In this document: positions 15,406 to 27,522 of the stretch, piece after piece
Layout of the letters: every line of letters starts with the position of its first letter
How positions within the stretch are numbered: position 1 is the stretch's first letter
Assembly: GCF_009914755.1 (NCBI RefSeq)
Contig: NC_060947.1
DNA: 64,000 nucleotides
Source: the human T2T-CHM13v2.0 reference genome, Homo sapiens
Reading direction: 5' to 3' (one strand)
Made by a program: the position numbers and the translations under genes
The notes under the pieces: generated by a model
The model's database searches: none
Seen by the model: only the letters and a program-made list of their open reading frames with translations
What the model was told of the DNA's origin: nothing

Positions 15406-15550
15406 GGTGCCTGTAATCCCAGCCACTTGGGAGGCTGAGGGAGGAGGATCACTTGAGCCTAGGAGTTTGAAGTCACAGCCAGCCCTAATCATGCCACTGC
15501 ACTCCAGACTGGGTGACAAGGTGAGACTCTCTCTTTAAAAATAAATAAAT
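15406..15550 (+). mobile_element. Alu right-arm monomer (FRAM/AluJ fragment)
   Basis: GGTGCCTGTAATCCCAGC...GGAGGATCACTTGAGCCTAGGAG...CACTCCAGACTGGGTGACA followed by an A-rich tail. Confidence 0.85.
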
Positions 15551-15768
15551 CAATAATAAGTTAAAAAATTAAAAACATAAAAATGTACTGCTTTGGATGA
15601 CAAAATATAGAATTATTTTAGCAACTCATGGGACCTTTATATTTTTGAAAAGAAAATTCATGTAGCATAATTACTCAGTAATATAAACAACAAAAGCAGT
15701 GATTTAGACTTCCTCTTACCTGTAAGTTTTTAGTGATTGAGCAATATATAAAGAAAGAACAAGCTACA

Positions 15769-16111
15769 CAGAAGTCCCACCTTATCCATGGTTTCGCTTA
15801 CCATGCTTTCAGTTACCTGCAGTAAACCATTGCCTGAAAACAGTAAGCAGAATATAAGAAGATATTTTGAGAGAGAGAGAGAGTGAGAGACACCACATTC
15901 ACATAACTTTTCACAGTATTTTTATAACTGTTCTAATTTATTATTAGTTGTTGTTTATATTTTACTGTGCCTAATTTGTAAATCAAACCTTATCATAGGT
16001 ATATATGTATTAGGAAAAACAGAGTATATATAGGGTTCTCTATTATCTGCAGTTTTCGTCACCTACTCTTGGTCTTGAAATTTATCCTCTATGGATAAGG
16101 GGGGATTACTG
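15769..16111 (+). mobile_element. MER44A (Tigger7-related MITE)
   Basis: TIRs CAGAAGTCCCACCTTATCCATGG and TATGGATAAGGGGGGATTACTG; internal (GA)n CACCACATTCACATAACTTTT. Confidence 0.9.
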
Positions 16112-16996
16112 TTATTGTACTGTTTCTTTTTGTGTGTGTGTTTTTCACATCTAGGATTCCAGTACGGAGACTGCAAAGATGATAAATTTAGAAAACTGTC
16201 ACAAGTGGCATATGGATAAACAGACACAGTATTTATTTAAGTAGCATGTGTATAAAGAAAATGTTTGCCAAGTCATTGACCTTGAGGAGGAAGTAAAAAT
16301 AATAATATTTGAATAGCATAGAGAATGCAACATAGAGTGAAAGTTTATTCTCTATTCCATATCATTCTAGATGACATTTAGGTCTATACCAAACATCCAA
16401 TATTCAAATTTATTTAACAGTTAAAATAATCATTGCATATCTCTTTAAAAGTACCTTTTTTAGCAGCATGCAAATCACCATTACATTATTTTATACAGTC
16501 TGCCAAACAAAATCTGACATTTGTGTCTCTTTTCTGAATTTTCTCAGTCTTTGGAATCAAAATAGGGAAGTTTAAAATTGCTTTCTAAGCTACCTTCTTT
16601 TCTGAAGGCCTTTCTAACAAAGAAAACAATAGTTTATGAAGGCAGTGGATTAAGATGAGTGCCTGTTGTCCTTATTTGCTAAAGTTTTCTTTCTCTTCTG
16701 ATGGCCTGGAGGCTAAAGACGTCAATAAGGAGAAAAATTAAATAGATTTTCTCATTTAATTTTGATTATAACTGTGAAAAATATATTACTTTATTCATTT
16801 CTGATTTCTGTTGAACAGTAAATTATTCTAACAATATTTACAATTCTGTTTTTTATTTAAGAATCATTAGAAATGAGTGGCTATTAAAGAACTTTTTACA
16901 GGTGACAAAAAGTGGGACTTAAAACAATTTATTTTGTTTATTGTTCTCTGTAATTATCTTAACATCTCACTTAAACATCTCTACACTATAATAATT

Positions 16997-17214
16997 ATAT
17001 ATATATACAGCTATTTGTATACATATATACGTATATATATACACATATATACGTATATATATACACATATATATACGTATATATACACATATATACGTAT
17101 ATATACACATATATACGTATATATACATATATACACATATATATACATATATACACATATATACATATATACACATATATACACATATATATACATATAT
17201 ATACATATATATAT
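16997..17214. repeat. Compound alternating purine-pyrimidine repeat (TATATACACA/TATACG)n
   Basis: About 220 bp of near-continuous TA/CA/CG dinucleotides with higher-order units such as TATACACATATATACG. Confidence 0.95.
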
Positions 17215-17439
17215 AAAATATCAAATGTCTAAAAATACAAGGGGTGCTGACCTCAGTGTATATTGTCCGATTGTGACTCCTATAATAAAAATATACCAAG
17301 TGATATGCAATCCATTTTATACCACTGTTGAACTTAATATCAACTAATAACCTTCTGTGGTAAAGATGGTTATCTGTCCATTTAAATCAAATGTTTTATC
17401 TTTACTATTATTTGTATCTAGGTAGTAGTTACCTCATCA

Positions 17440-17733
17440 GCGACTTTCATGACAAGACTAGTTCTCCCCAAAGGCATGTGAGTAGAAGTAACCTGTGTCG
17501 CTTCAAGGCCGAGGCTTTTAAGGAGCCAGTGTGCTTTCTTCGTGTTCTTTTCCCTTTCTGATCACCTGAATGGCAATCTCTAGAAACATTTAAAATCAAG
17601 TTTTAGGATGGCAGAACTACTAACCTGAAACTTCCCTGGACATTTAGATGAACAAGAAATAAACTTGACTATTTTATTGAGTCATTTTATATTTTAAACT
17701 GTTACCATATTCTAGCTCACTCTAATTAATATA
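17440..17733 (+). mobile_element. Old MLT1 (J/K-like) LTR fragment
   Basis: ATGTGAGTAGAAGTAACCTGTGTCGCTTC...AAGAAATAAACTTG...CTAATTAATATA. Confidence 0.55.
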
Positions 17734-17869
17734 GACCTCCCAAACTTTTTGTTTCCGGTAACCAAGATTGAGCTATTGAGCACCATTCTTTCATCACCAA
17801 CCATCTCTTAATAACAAATACTGGTTTTAGATTCATACATTTTATAATTGCCAACCTCAATATGTACTC

Positions 17870-18090
17870 AGTATAATGTGGTAGAAATTGTTTATTTCTG
17901 AGGGTCAGGAGACTTCAGTTGGAACCCCACTTTGCTACTTTCTAGTAGTGTTACTTGGTGTAGTTCATAACCTGTAGGCCTCAATTTCCTCATCTGAAAA
18001 CTGATAATACATACTTCACAGTTGCGTGTGTGTGTTGTGTAAAATAACTAAATAATATTTATGATGCCTACAAGCATGGACTTGGCATTC
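17870..18090 (+). mobile_element. MIR SINE
   Basis: Core motif GGCCTCAATTTCCTCATCTGAAAACTGATAATAC. Confidence 0.75.
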
Positions 18091-18404
18091 ACATGATTTG
18101 AATAACAGGAAGGTGGCAATAGAAATAAGCAGGTATTATCCCAGGATTTAGACAGAGAACATGAAATACAGAGAATTTAATTCAGTAGCGTTGGTGAGAT
18201 TAAGGAGAGACCGTCACTTTTACTTTACTTATGGGTTTTGCTAGCCTTTTTCCAATGAACATGAATAATAATTGGGATAAAATGTTTAACAAAAGCACTC
18301 TTTGGGGAACCAACACATTGAACTACTCAGCAGGTAATAAGACTTGGGCAGCTTAGAGGGCTATTTAAAAGAGAAAAATAACAAAAGCATTTGGTAATGA
18401 AGAG

Positions 18405-18657
18405 CTGGCATAGGGTAGCAGTTGAATAAAGGCTCTGAAACAAGATTGCTTACATATATAATTCTGTTTCACCATTTACTATCTGTGTAACTTTGGGTAA
18501 GTTATTTAATACTCTAGGTCTTGGTTTCATAATCTGTAAAAAAGTAGACGATAATAACCCTTACTCGTTGGGCTGTTGTGAAGGTTAAGGGAGATGACCC
18601 ACATAAAGCTCTAGGAATCATGTTTGGCACATAGTAAACTTTCAAATGTTAGTTATT
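18405..18657 (+). mobile_element. MIR SINE (near full length)
   Basis: TGTGTAACTTTGGGTAAGTTATTTAA...GGTTTCATAATCTGTAAA...GTTGTGAAGGTTAAG...TGGCACATAGTAA. Confidence 0.85.
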
Positions 18658-19118
18658 TTAATAAATGAGAAATATGTGATACATATGAGGAAATATGGAT
18701 GTTGAATGCTGAAAGAATCAGGAAAGAATCTTTTGATTGAGCCAGTACCTCACTATCTAATCTCTCAATCAGGTGGCTGAAAAATACCCAATAATCTTTA
18801 ATAATACCATTTTCATCACAACCTAAGCCTTCATGTCCAAGTTCATTCATCCAGGCGTAGTTACCTAACTACAGGGAAGCTTTTAGCTTTTACTTTGCAA
18901 GTGCAGATAGATAAAATTAAACAGAATTATGCTGAACTGTGGTTGAAATATCATTCTTTGCCTACTTCCCAATGGACAGAATGATCAAATGTTCAGAAGA
19001 TGAGAAAAGCACTAGCATAATTACTTTTTATTTAACAAGACTTCTGCTTCCTTTAAATATCCTTCTCCCTTTATGATAAAACTAAGTTATAGCTTATTCG
19101 TTTTCTGATTAAGCAAGC

Positions 19119-19337
19119 ATTTCCATGGCAACTAAAGATGATTTTTCTACCAGGGCAGACGATTTAAAAAGTAAAAAATATAATGGGTTATTTATAATTG
19201 TTGGAACAATATCTACATTCCCTATTTGATTCCAGCCAGTCACTGGGACACTGTGAAATATAACTCATACATTGACATATGTAAATACTTGTTCTAAATT
19301 ACCGCCCTCTCCTTATGAGCAGGTAGCCATAGGTAAC
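19119..19337. promoter_or_regulatory. Two RFX X-box-like motifs (candidate regulatory element)
   Basis: ATTTCCATGGCAAC (19119-19132) and GTAGCCATAGGTAAC (19323-19337); the second fully fits GTNRCC-N0-3-RGYAAC; motif evidence only. Confidence 0.3.
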
Positions 19338-20331
19338 CTGTGAATATGAGAGTGGTTAAGTTGTTTTTCAAATATATGAGACTTATATTTTTAAAATATT
19401 TTAAATGAAAGTATCTGTGCAGTATAAAATATCAGGCACAACTCTTGGATTTAATTTTAACCTAAAATTTATCTTGCAGATAAAATATAAAACTATAGAG
19501 TCACAATGCCAAGTAATTTTTAATATGAGAAAAATGTCTGTTGCCACACTCAAGAAACTACTGTTTTCTTAAAAAGTCATTTTTCCACACAGTAACTGTA
19601 GCACACATGTTAAACTTAGTATTACCTGTCCTGATATTAGTTTAACCAGCAATTTTTTCATATGGACAGTTGATTATTTCCATTTGCTTATTCCATTTAT
19701 AAGATTATTCTCAGAAAGAAGGCCTATATAGACAATGTTATTTCCCCAAAACATTGTTTATAAACTCACTAATGAATAAATAATCATGTACGTCCTGTTC
19801 TCAAATTTGTATTTGAAAATACATTCATTTCATTAAAATTATTTGTAATTATTAGAATAATGTGTGTCTTTTACTTTAAGACAAAATAAATGACACATGG
19901 AAAAAAAAACTTTGCTTCAAAAACCATTAGGACAATTATTTAAAGTAACTTTTAACCATGTTCAGATTTTCTTCCCACCACTTTGATAAGGATGAAAATA
20001 ATGAATTCTTCAAAATTACTAGTGATTAGCTAGCGCTTTCCTTCCAATGTAATTTTCACTCATTTAATTTACCCTCCAGAGAGTTGTGTGCTTCACTTTA
20101 TGGAATAAAATTACTATCTTCATTTTAGAAAGGAGAAAATTCAGGTGCATTTAGGCATTGAAATGTTTGTCAAATGATTGCAACCTGCTAAGGATTGACT
20201 TGTTTTCAACCAAAATTAATATACTGAAGCCCTAAGGCCCAAAGTAATTGTATTTGGAGATGGGGCTTTTTGGAGATAATTCGGTTCAGATGAGGTCATG
20301 AGGGTGGAGCTTTTGTGGTAGGATTAATAAC

Positions 20332-20675
20332 TAATATAGTTTTGCTATGTCCCCAACCAAAATCATAACAATCCTCAGGTGTCAAGGGTGGGGCCAGGTG
20401 GAGATAATTGAATCACGGGGGCGGTTTCCCCCATACTGTTCCCATGGTAGTGAATAAGTCTGACAAGATCTGATGGCTTTATAAATGGGAGTTCGCGTAC
20501 ACAAGTTCTCTTGCCTGCCACCATGTACGATGTGATTTGTTCCTCATTCACCTTCCACCATGATTATGAGGCCTCCCCAGCCATGTGGAACTGTGAGTCA
20601 ATTAAACCTCTTTCCTTTATAAATTACCCAGTTTGGGGTATGTCTTTATTAGCAGCATGAGAACAGACTAATACA
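20332..20675 (+). mobile_element. THE1 (B-like) solo LTR
   Basis: TAATATAGTTTTGCTATGTCCCC...GAGAACAGACTAATACA flanked by a perfect 5-bp TSD ATAAC (20327-20331, 20676-20680). Confidence 0.93.
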
Positions 20676-20946
20676 ATAACCTTATATGAAGAAACACTAG
20701 AGCATACTCTCACATTCTCACATTCTCTCTCTCTCTCTCTCTCTCTCTGCCTCTCTCTCTTTCTCTCTCATGCTCACTTGCCTGCTCTTCATCATGTGAG
20801 AACGTAGTAAGAAGGTGTCCATCTGTAAGCCAAGAAGAGGGCCCTCACTAGGGAATAGAATCAGCAGAAAACTTGATTGTGGATATCCCAGACTCTATAA
20901 CTGTGAGAAATAAATTCCTCTTGTTTAAACCATCCAGTTTATGGTA

Positions 20947-21235
20947 TTTTTTTAATTTCTAATTTTAGTGGGTAAATAGTAGGTATATATATTCATGGGG
21001 TACATGATATATCTTGATACAGGCATATGATGCATAATAATTACATCAGGGTAAATAGGGTATCTATCATCTCAAGCAATTATTCTTTCTTTGTGTTGCA
21101 AACAATCCAATTATACTCTGTTATTTTTTAATGTGCAATAAAATATTGTTGACTATAATCACCCTATTATGTGGTCAAATACTAGAATTATTTTTATCTA
21201 ACTATATTTTTGTACCATTTAACCTTCCCCACTTT
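20947..21235 (-). mobile_element. L1MA (MA2-4-like) 3' end, 5'-truncated
   Basis: T-rich tail, then GTAGGTATATATATTCATGGGGTACATGA...TTGATACAGGCAT, typical of L1MA 3' UTRs. Confidence 0.85.
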
Positions 21236-21982
21236 CCATTTCATTATGGCAGTCCCAGCTTACTAATACACAATCCTTTCCAATTTAATGGTAAACAGAT
21301 GAGACTTCTGCAAGGAGACACAAAGAATATTATCAAACAAATTTAGCTGGCAAAGTGTTTTGGGCTTCAATTCTTTGTTTACAGTCGGAATATTTGAGAT
21401 ACATTAAATATTATCCTTGCTTCTACATTTTTTAATCCCGGTTTTACTTAAAGATAGATCATATGGGCTTTTTTTCTAGATGCTAATTTTACTTAATGAT
21501 TATTGGTATGACATTTTAAAAGTCCATATATGACTTGCGGCAAATTATCTGAAAAGATTACCAAACTTTCATATTCATATATCTCAATAGAATCTTACTG
21601 AATCACAATTTCTGTGGTAGATTTTTGGGATCTACACTCTACAATTGTAAGCATTTCCATTTTGTTCAAGGCACCCTAAAATTGATAGTCAGCAATTTGG
21701 AGAGCTAAATCATATAAACAGAAAATTAGAACAATTAGAAAACAAAATATCTTAGCAATCAGTCTTCACTGGAGGTCTGTTTTAACTCAGAGAAAAACTA
21801 AAGGATATGCTAATTCATAAATCACTGTGGTTGATTAAAGACCCTGATGACTACGGCCTAATGCCAGTATTCCTATATATTTAATCTCTTTTAAATTTTA
21901 ATAGTTTCGTGGATAAATTCATAAGCACCCAAACAAGACAATCTTTACCTACATCTAAGCCTTTGTTCATAATGTTCCACTT

Positions 21983-22410
21983 TTCATCCATTTACTAATT
22001 ATTAACAACTTATTTAGTTTGTGACTGTTTTAGGCAGTAGGGATAAAACAGTTTTAAGCAATATGGATAAAACCATTAATTACAGAGCCAAGGGCCCGAA
22101 CTTATGCAACTTATACTTTATTGGGAGGGAAACAGAAACTCAAGATATAATCAAATAATCAATTAAATATATGATAAAAACTATGATGAAAATAAAAGAG
22201 AGTACATTATAGAAAGTGATTAAATGCATGGATGGTGGGGGGTACATTAGCTGTGATCAATGGGAAAGTTCTCCCTGTTGCAGTGAGAGTGTTTTACTTG
22301 GAGATATAAAGAATAAAAGGTCTAGGGAAAAAAAGCCTTCTAGGAAGAGGAAATAGTTAGTGAAAGGTCCTGAGATAGAACAAGCTTGGGGTGTTTCAGA
22401 TCAGAAAGAA
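21983..22410 (-). mobile_element. L2 fragment
   Basis: AGCCTTCTAGGAAGAGGAAATAG..TGAAAGGTCCTGAG...AGCTTGGGGTGTTTCAG, typical of reverse-complemented L2. Confidence 0.7.
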
Positions 22411-22780
22411 ATCCTGTCAATCCCATTACTGGGTATGTACTCAAAGGAAAATAAATCATTCTACCAAAAAGACACATGCATTCATATGCTCATTGCAGTA
22501 AGTATAGTTCAACATACATTAATCAATAAATATGATAAACCACGTTAACAGAATGAAGAAAATAAATCATATGACCATCTCAACAAACACAAAAAAGCAT
22601 TTGACAAAACACAGCATCCTTTTATAACACAAACTCTCAACAAATTAGGTATAGAAGGAATGTACCTCAATACAATAAGGGACACATATGACAATTCTAC
22701 ATACATCTTCAAACTCAACAGTGAAAAGTTATAAGCTTTTTCTCTGTGATCTGAAACTAGATATAAATGCCAGGACTTAT
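22411..22780 (+). mobile_element. Two abutting L1 ORF2 fragments in non-colinear order
   Basis: 22411-22500 encodes IPLLGMYSKENKSFYQKDTC (ORF2 C-terminus); 22505-22780 is RT region (AAAGCATTTGACAAAA), which lies upstream in an intact L1. Confidence 0.8.
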
Positions 22781-22789
22781 AAGGAACAT

Positions 22790-23640
22790 GATTAGAAAGT
22801 GAGAGACACAATAATGACTCCACTGAACTAGAAGTTAACACTGCCATCCAGCCACTTCAGACTCCTCATGCCTCTGAATCAACAGGCAAATAAGGGTATT
22901 ATTGTACCAGCTGGAGTGACTAATCCTGACAATAAAGGGGAACTGGACTGGTACAAGTGATACGGAAGAGTATGTCTGGAATATAGGAGATCCTTTAGGG
23001 TGTCTCTCATTATTAACATGCCTGGTGATTAATGTCAATGGAAAACAAGAACAACACAATCTAAGCATAGTTTCTAATGGCCAAAATTCATTAGTAATGA
23101 AAGCCTGATCATTTGAACAGATAAAGATCCACAACCAGAGGAAGTGTCTACTGACCGCAAAGGAAATAAGGATTGGATAGTGGATGAAAGTAGTTATAAA
23201 TGGCAGCTACAGCCACATGACCAGTTATTGAAATAAGGACTATAATTTTCAGGAGTTAGGAATACTGTATTTCCTTTTTATTTTGTTATGAATGTTTGTT
23301 TATACACACACACACTGAATATATTTTTAAAAATATTTTTTCTTCTCTTATTTCCTTATTATGTGACATAAAATATATTGATATTTTATTATATAAGTAT
23401 TGTTAAATTTGCATCATAGTGTTAAATTACAGGATTCAAATTATTGGATCAAAAAAGAGAGTGAACATCACTCAAGTATTTCACATCATCTTCTGGGGAA
23501 GAGGTTAGTGCCTTTTTAGTTGTACACAGCTTAGTTACATCATGTTAGATGAAATCATGGCTTAATTATTGTTTTTATTTGGAGATTAAGTATGGTTTAA
23601 GGACATGCATTACGGGGGCCAAGGTGACAAGGATTGGCCT
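22790..23640 (+). mobile_element. ERV-L internal 3' remnant including a dUTPase pseudo-ORF
   Basis: From 22805 translates DTIMTPLN*KLTLPSSHFRLLMPLNQQANKGIIVPAGVTNPDNKGEL, similar to recalled HERV-L dUTPase (IPLNWKLRLPPGHFGLLMPLSQQAKKGVTVLAGVIDPDYQGEI); directly abuts an MLT2 LTR. Confidence 0.85.
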
Positions 23641-24325
<685 letters not shown>

Positions 24326-24361
24326 TATATATATATATAAAATACACACATATTACATATA

Positions 24362-25583
24362 CAGTCATGCGTCACTTAATGATGGGTGTACCCACTGAGA
24401 AATGCATCACTAGGTGATTTTGTCATTGTGTGAACATCATATACTTGCACAAACCTATATGGTATAGCCTACCACACACCCAGGCTATAAGGTATAGCCT
24501 ACTGCTCCTAGGCTACACGCCTGTACAGGATGACACTGTAGTGAATACTCTAGGCAATTGTAACACAGGGGAAGTATTTGTGTGTTTAAACTTATCTAAA
24601 TCTCTAAATGGTGCAGTAAAATATATGGTATGAAAGATAAAAATCAGAATACAGAAAAGTATTATGAATGGATCTTGCAGGATTGAATACTGCTCTGGGT
24701 GAATGAGTGAGTGAGTAGGTGGTGAGTGAATGTCAAGGCCTAGGGCACTTTCGTAGACTTCATAAACATGGTACACTTAGGCTATGCTAAATTTATTTAA
24801 AATATTTTCCTTCCACAATAATAAATTAAACTTAGCTTATTGTAACTTGTTTACACATTTTTATTTTTTTCCTAACTTTTTGACTCTTTCATATTTACAC
24901 TTAGCTTAAAGCGCAAATACATTGTTCAGCTGTACAAAAGTATTTTCTTTCCTTATGTCCTTATTCTATGAGCTTTTTACTATTTAATGTTGTTGTTTTC
25001 GTTTTTCTTACTTTTTAAACTTTTTTCTTAAAAGTAAAGACACAAACAAACATATTAACCTACGCCTACACAGGCCAGGATTGTCAATATCACTGCCTTT
25101 CATGTCCACTTCCACATATTGCCCACTGGAAGGCCTTTAGGGGCAATAACATGCATGAAGCTGTCATTCCCTATGATAACAATGCCTTCTTCTGGAATAC
25201 CTCCTGAAAGATCTGCCTGAAGCTAATTTATGGTGAATTTTTTAAATGTATATAAGTAGAAAAAGTACACTCTAAAATAATGATAAAAATATAGTATAGT
25301 TAATACATAAATCAGTAACATGGTCATTTATCATTGTTATCAAGTATGATGTTGTGTACATAATTGTATGTGCACTATCTTTGTACAACGGACATCACAG
25401 TAGGTTTGTTTACATTAGCATCACCACAAACACATGTGCAATACATTCTGCTATGACATGATGATAGCTATGACATCACTAGATGAGAGGAAGTTTTTAG
25501 ATCCATATATAATGGATCTTATGGGACCACTGTGGCATATGCAGTCTGTCATTAACTAAAACGTCATTATATGGCATGTAACT
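24362..25583 (+). mobile_element. Tigger3b (MER7B/Golem deletion derivative)
   Basis: TA|CAGTCATGCGTCACTTAATGA at the left end and ACGTCATTATATGGCATGTAACT at the right end; ~1.2 kb with characteristic GGTATAGCCTAC repeats. Confidence 0.88.
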
Positions 25584-25789
25584 TTTAATTTGCTAAAATC
25601 TGCAAGTAGGGAATGAGCAAACAACAAAGACTGATTGTATAATACACATACTGATCTTTTTCACTCCAATGGTCTTTTTCATATCTGTATGTGTATAGAT
25701 GATACTTAAGTTGTGCATAGTTTTTCATGATTTTGAACACTGTTACAAGAAACAAATTTCCTCCATTTTTGATTGTTTTCATTTCCATA

Positions 25790-26100
25790 AAATAAAATCC
25801 TGAAATAAAAATGAAATTTCTTGGTCAAAATTTGAAATATTGGTCAAACAGTGCAACTATTTAGTATTTTAGCAAACTTGCTCTCCAACAAGTTCCCACC
25901 AATTTATACTTTGGTTAGAAGCATATGAGAATGCCTGTTTCTCCATACCTTCACCATTACTGGTTATTGTCATGATCTTAAATTTTTGTCACTATATTGC
26001 TTGAATAAATGAGAGTTGTTTTAATTTTCATTCACTTGTTTATTAGATATATCTTATTTCCCATTTAAATTTACATTTTTGTAATTTTCTTGTTTATATC
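25790..26100 (-). mobile_element. Old L1ME fragment
   Basis: CCAATTTATACT...TATGAGAATGCCTGTTTCTCCATACCTTCACCA, the reverse complement of the ORF2 Cys-rich region. Confidence 0.65.
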
Positions 26101-26223
26101 TCTTTAACATGAGTGTCATAAGCTACTCCAAAACTTTAAAAGTCCGTGATTTACTTTTCCAACTAGAAAATGACAGATCTAAATTAATTCCAAAGGTAGA
26201 GTTGGTAGAAAGTTTTATTACCT

Positions 26224-26319
26224 CTCTCCACTTCACTGTACACCTGTAGATTAATAGAAAGAAACAAACCACTCCCCACTTCATCGTACACATGTAGATT
26301 AATAGAAAGAAACAAACCA
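26224..26319. repeat. 48-bp tandem duplication (2 copies)
   Basis: CTCTCCACTTCACTGTACACCTGTAGATTAATAGAAAGAAACAAACCA / CTCCCCACTTCATCGTACACATGTAGATTAATAGAAAGAAACAAACCA, 4 mismatches. Confidence 0.95.
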
Positions 26320-26420
26320 AGCTCTTATATACTATGTGCTTCCTGAAATGTCCACAATGTTAAAAATAAATACTTAAATAAAATAAAAACTAATTAAAAT
26401 AAAAATGTTTATTGTTTGCA

Positions 26421-26561
26421 CTATTGTGAATAGTGCCACAGTAAACATACGTGTGCATGTGTCTTTACAGTAGAATGATTTATAAACCTTGAGGTATACA
26501 CCCAGTAATGATTGCTGTGTCAAATGTCATTTCTAGTTCTAGATCCTTGAGGAATCGCCAC
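26421..26561 (-). mobile_element. Short internal L1PA fragment with no tail
   Basis: CTATTGTGAATAGTGCCACA...TCTAGATCCTTGAGGAATCGCCAC, homologous to 27129-27271. Confidence 0.9.
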
Positions 26562-26702
26562 TTTGTTAGCATTTGGCTTATGGTGGGTACTCAATAAATA
26601 TATATTGAATGAATAGATAACTCCAGTTTTCATTTGGTTTTGTTTAACTGGATTAATAATTGTATCATTTACTGAGAAAGGGTATATTGGAAGAAGGCAA
26701 GA

Positions 26703-27522
26703 TTTTTTTATTATACTTTAAGTTCTGGGGTTCATGTGCAGAACATGCAGTTTTGTTACATAGGTGTACACGTGCCATGGTGATTTGCTGCACCCATCAA
26801 CCCGTCATCTACATTAGGTATTTCTCCTAATGCTATCCCTCCCCGAGCCCCCCACCCCCCGACAAGCCCCTGTGTGTGATGTTCCCCTCCCTGTGTCCAT
26901 GTGTTCTCATTGTCCAGCTCCCACTTATGAGTGAGAACATGCAGTGTTTGGTTTTCTGTTCCAGTGTTAGTTTGCTGAGAATGATGGTTTCCAGCTTCAT
27001 CCATGTCCCTGCAAAGGACATGAACTCATTCTTTTTTATGGCTGCCTAGCATTCCATGGTGTATATGTGGCACATTTTCTTTATCCAGTCTATCATTGAT
27101 GGACATTTGGGTTGGTTCCAAGTCTTTGCTATTGTGAATAGTGCCACAATAAACATACGTGTGCATGTGTCTTTATAGCAGAATGATTTATAATCCTTGG
27201 GGTATATACCCAGTAGTGGGATTGCTGGGTGAAATGGTATTTCTAATTCTAGATCCTTGAGGAATCGCCACACTGTCTTCCACAATGGTTGAACTAATTT
27301 ACACTCCCACCAGCAGTGTAAAAGCGTTCCTATTTCTTCACATCCTTTCCAGTATCTGTTGTTTCCTGACTTTTTAATGATCGTCATTCTAACTGGTATG
27401 AGATGGTATCTCATTGTGGTTATTATTTGCATTTCTCTAATGACCAGTGACGATGAGCATTTTTTCATATGTTTGTTGGCTGCATAAATATCTTTTTTGA
27501 AGAAGTGTCTGTTCATATCCTT
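26703..27522 (-). mobile_element. 5'-truncated L1PA (PA7/8-like) inserted in L2
   Basis: T-tail, L1PA 3' UTR and ORF2 C-terminus (ORF 27046-27516 with [14 protein letters not shown]); TSD GAAGAAGGCAA (26690-26700 / 27523-27533); L2-like flanks. Confidence 0.95.

Larger units (their letters stand above)
20186..21270 (+). mobile_element. MLT1A-type MaLR LTR split by THE1 and L1MA insertions
   Basis: TGCTAAGGATTGA...GATGAGGTCATGAGGGTGG (20186-20331), resumes at 20676-20946, terminal ...TTACTAATACA at ~21270. Confidence 0.8.

Noticed and set aside
16877-17347. 156-aa Y/I/T/H-rich ORF and overlapping minus ORFs
   Set aside because: Translations of the TA/CA microsatellite, which lacks stop codons by composition
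18749-18868. Protein-like minus frame NYAWMNELGHEGLGCDENGIIKDYWVFFSHLIERLDSE as an exon
   Set aside because: The acceptor lacks a real polypyrimidine tract, the donor GAG|GTACTG is weak and I recognise no homologue; a PhyloCSF/BLAST check could revisit it
26224-26319. Direct repeats here, at 42992-43036 (24-bp period) and within MER11 as a CRISPR-like array
   Set aside because: Only two adjacent copies each, no unique spacers, no cas genes, and the DNA is clearly primate
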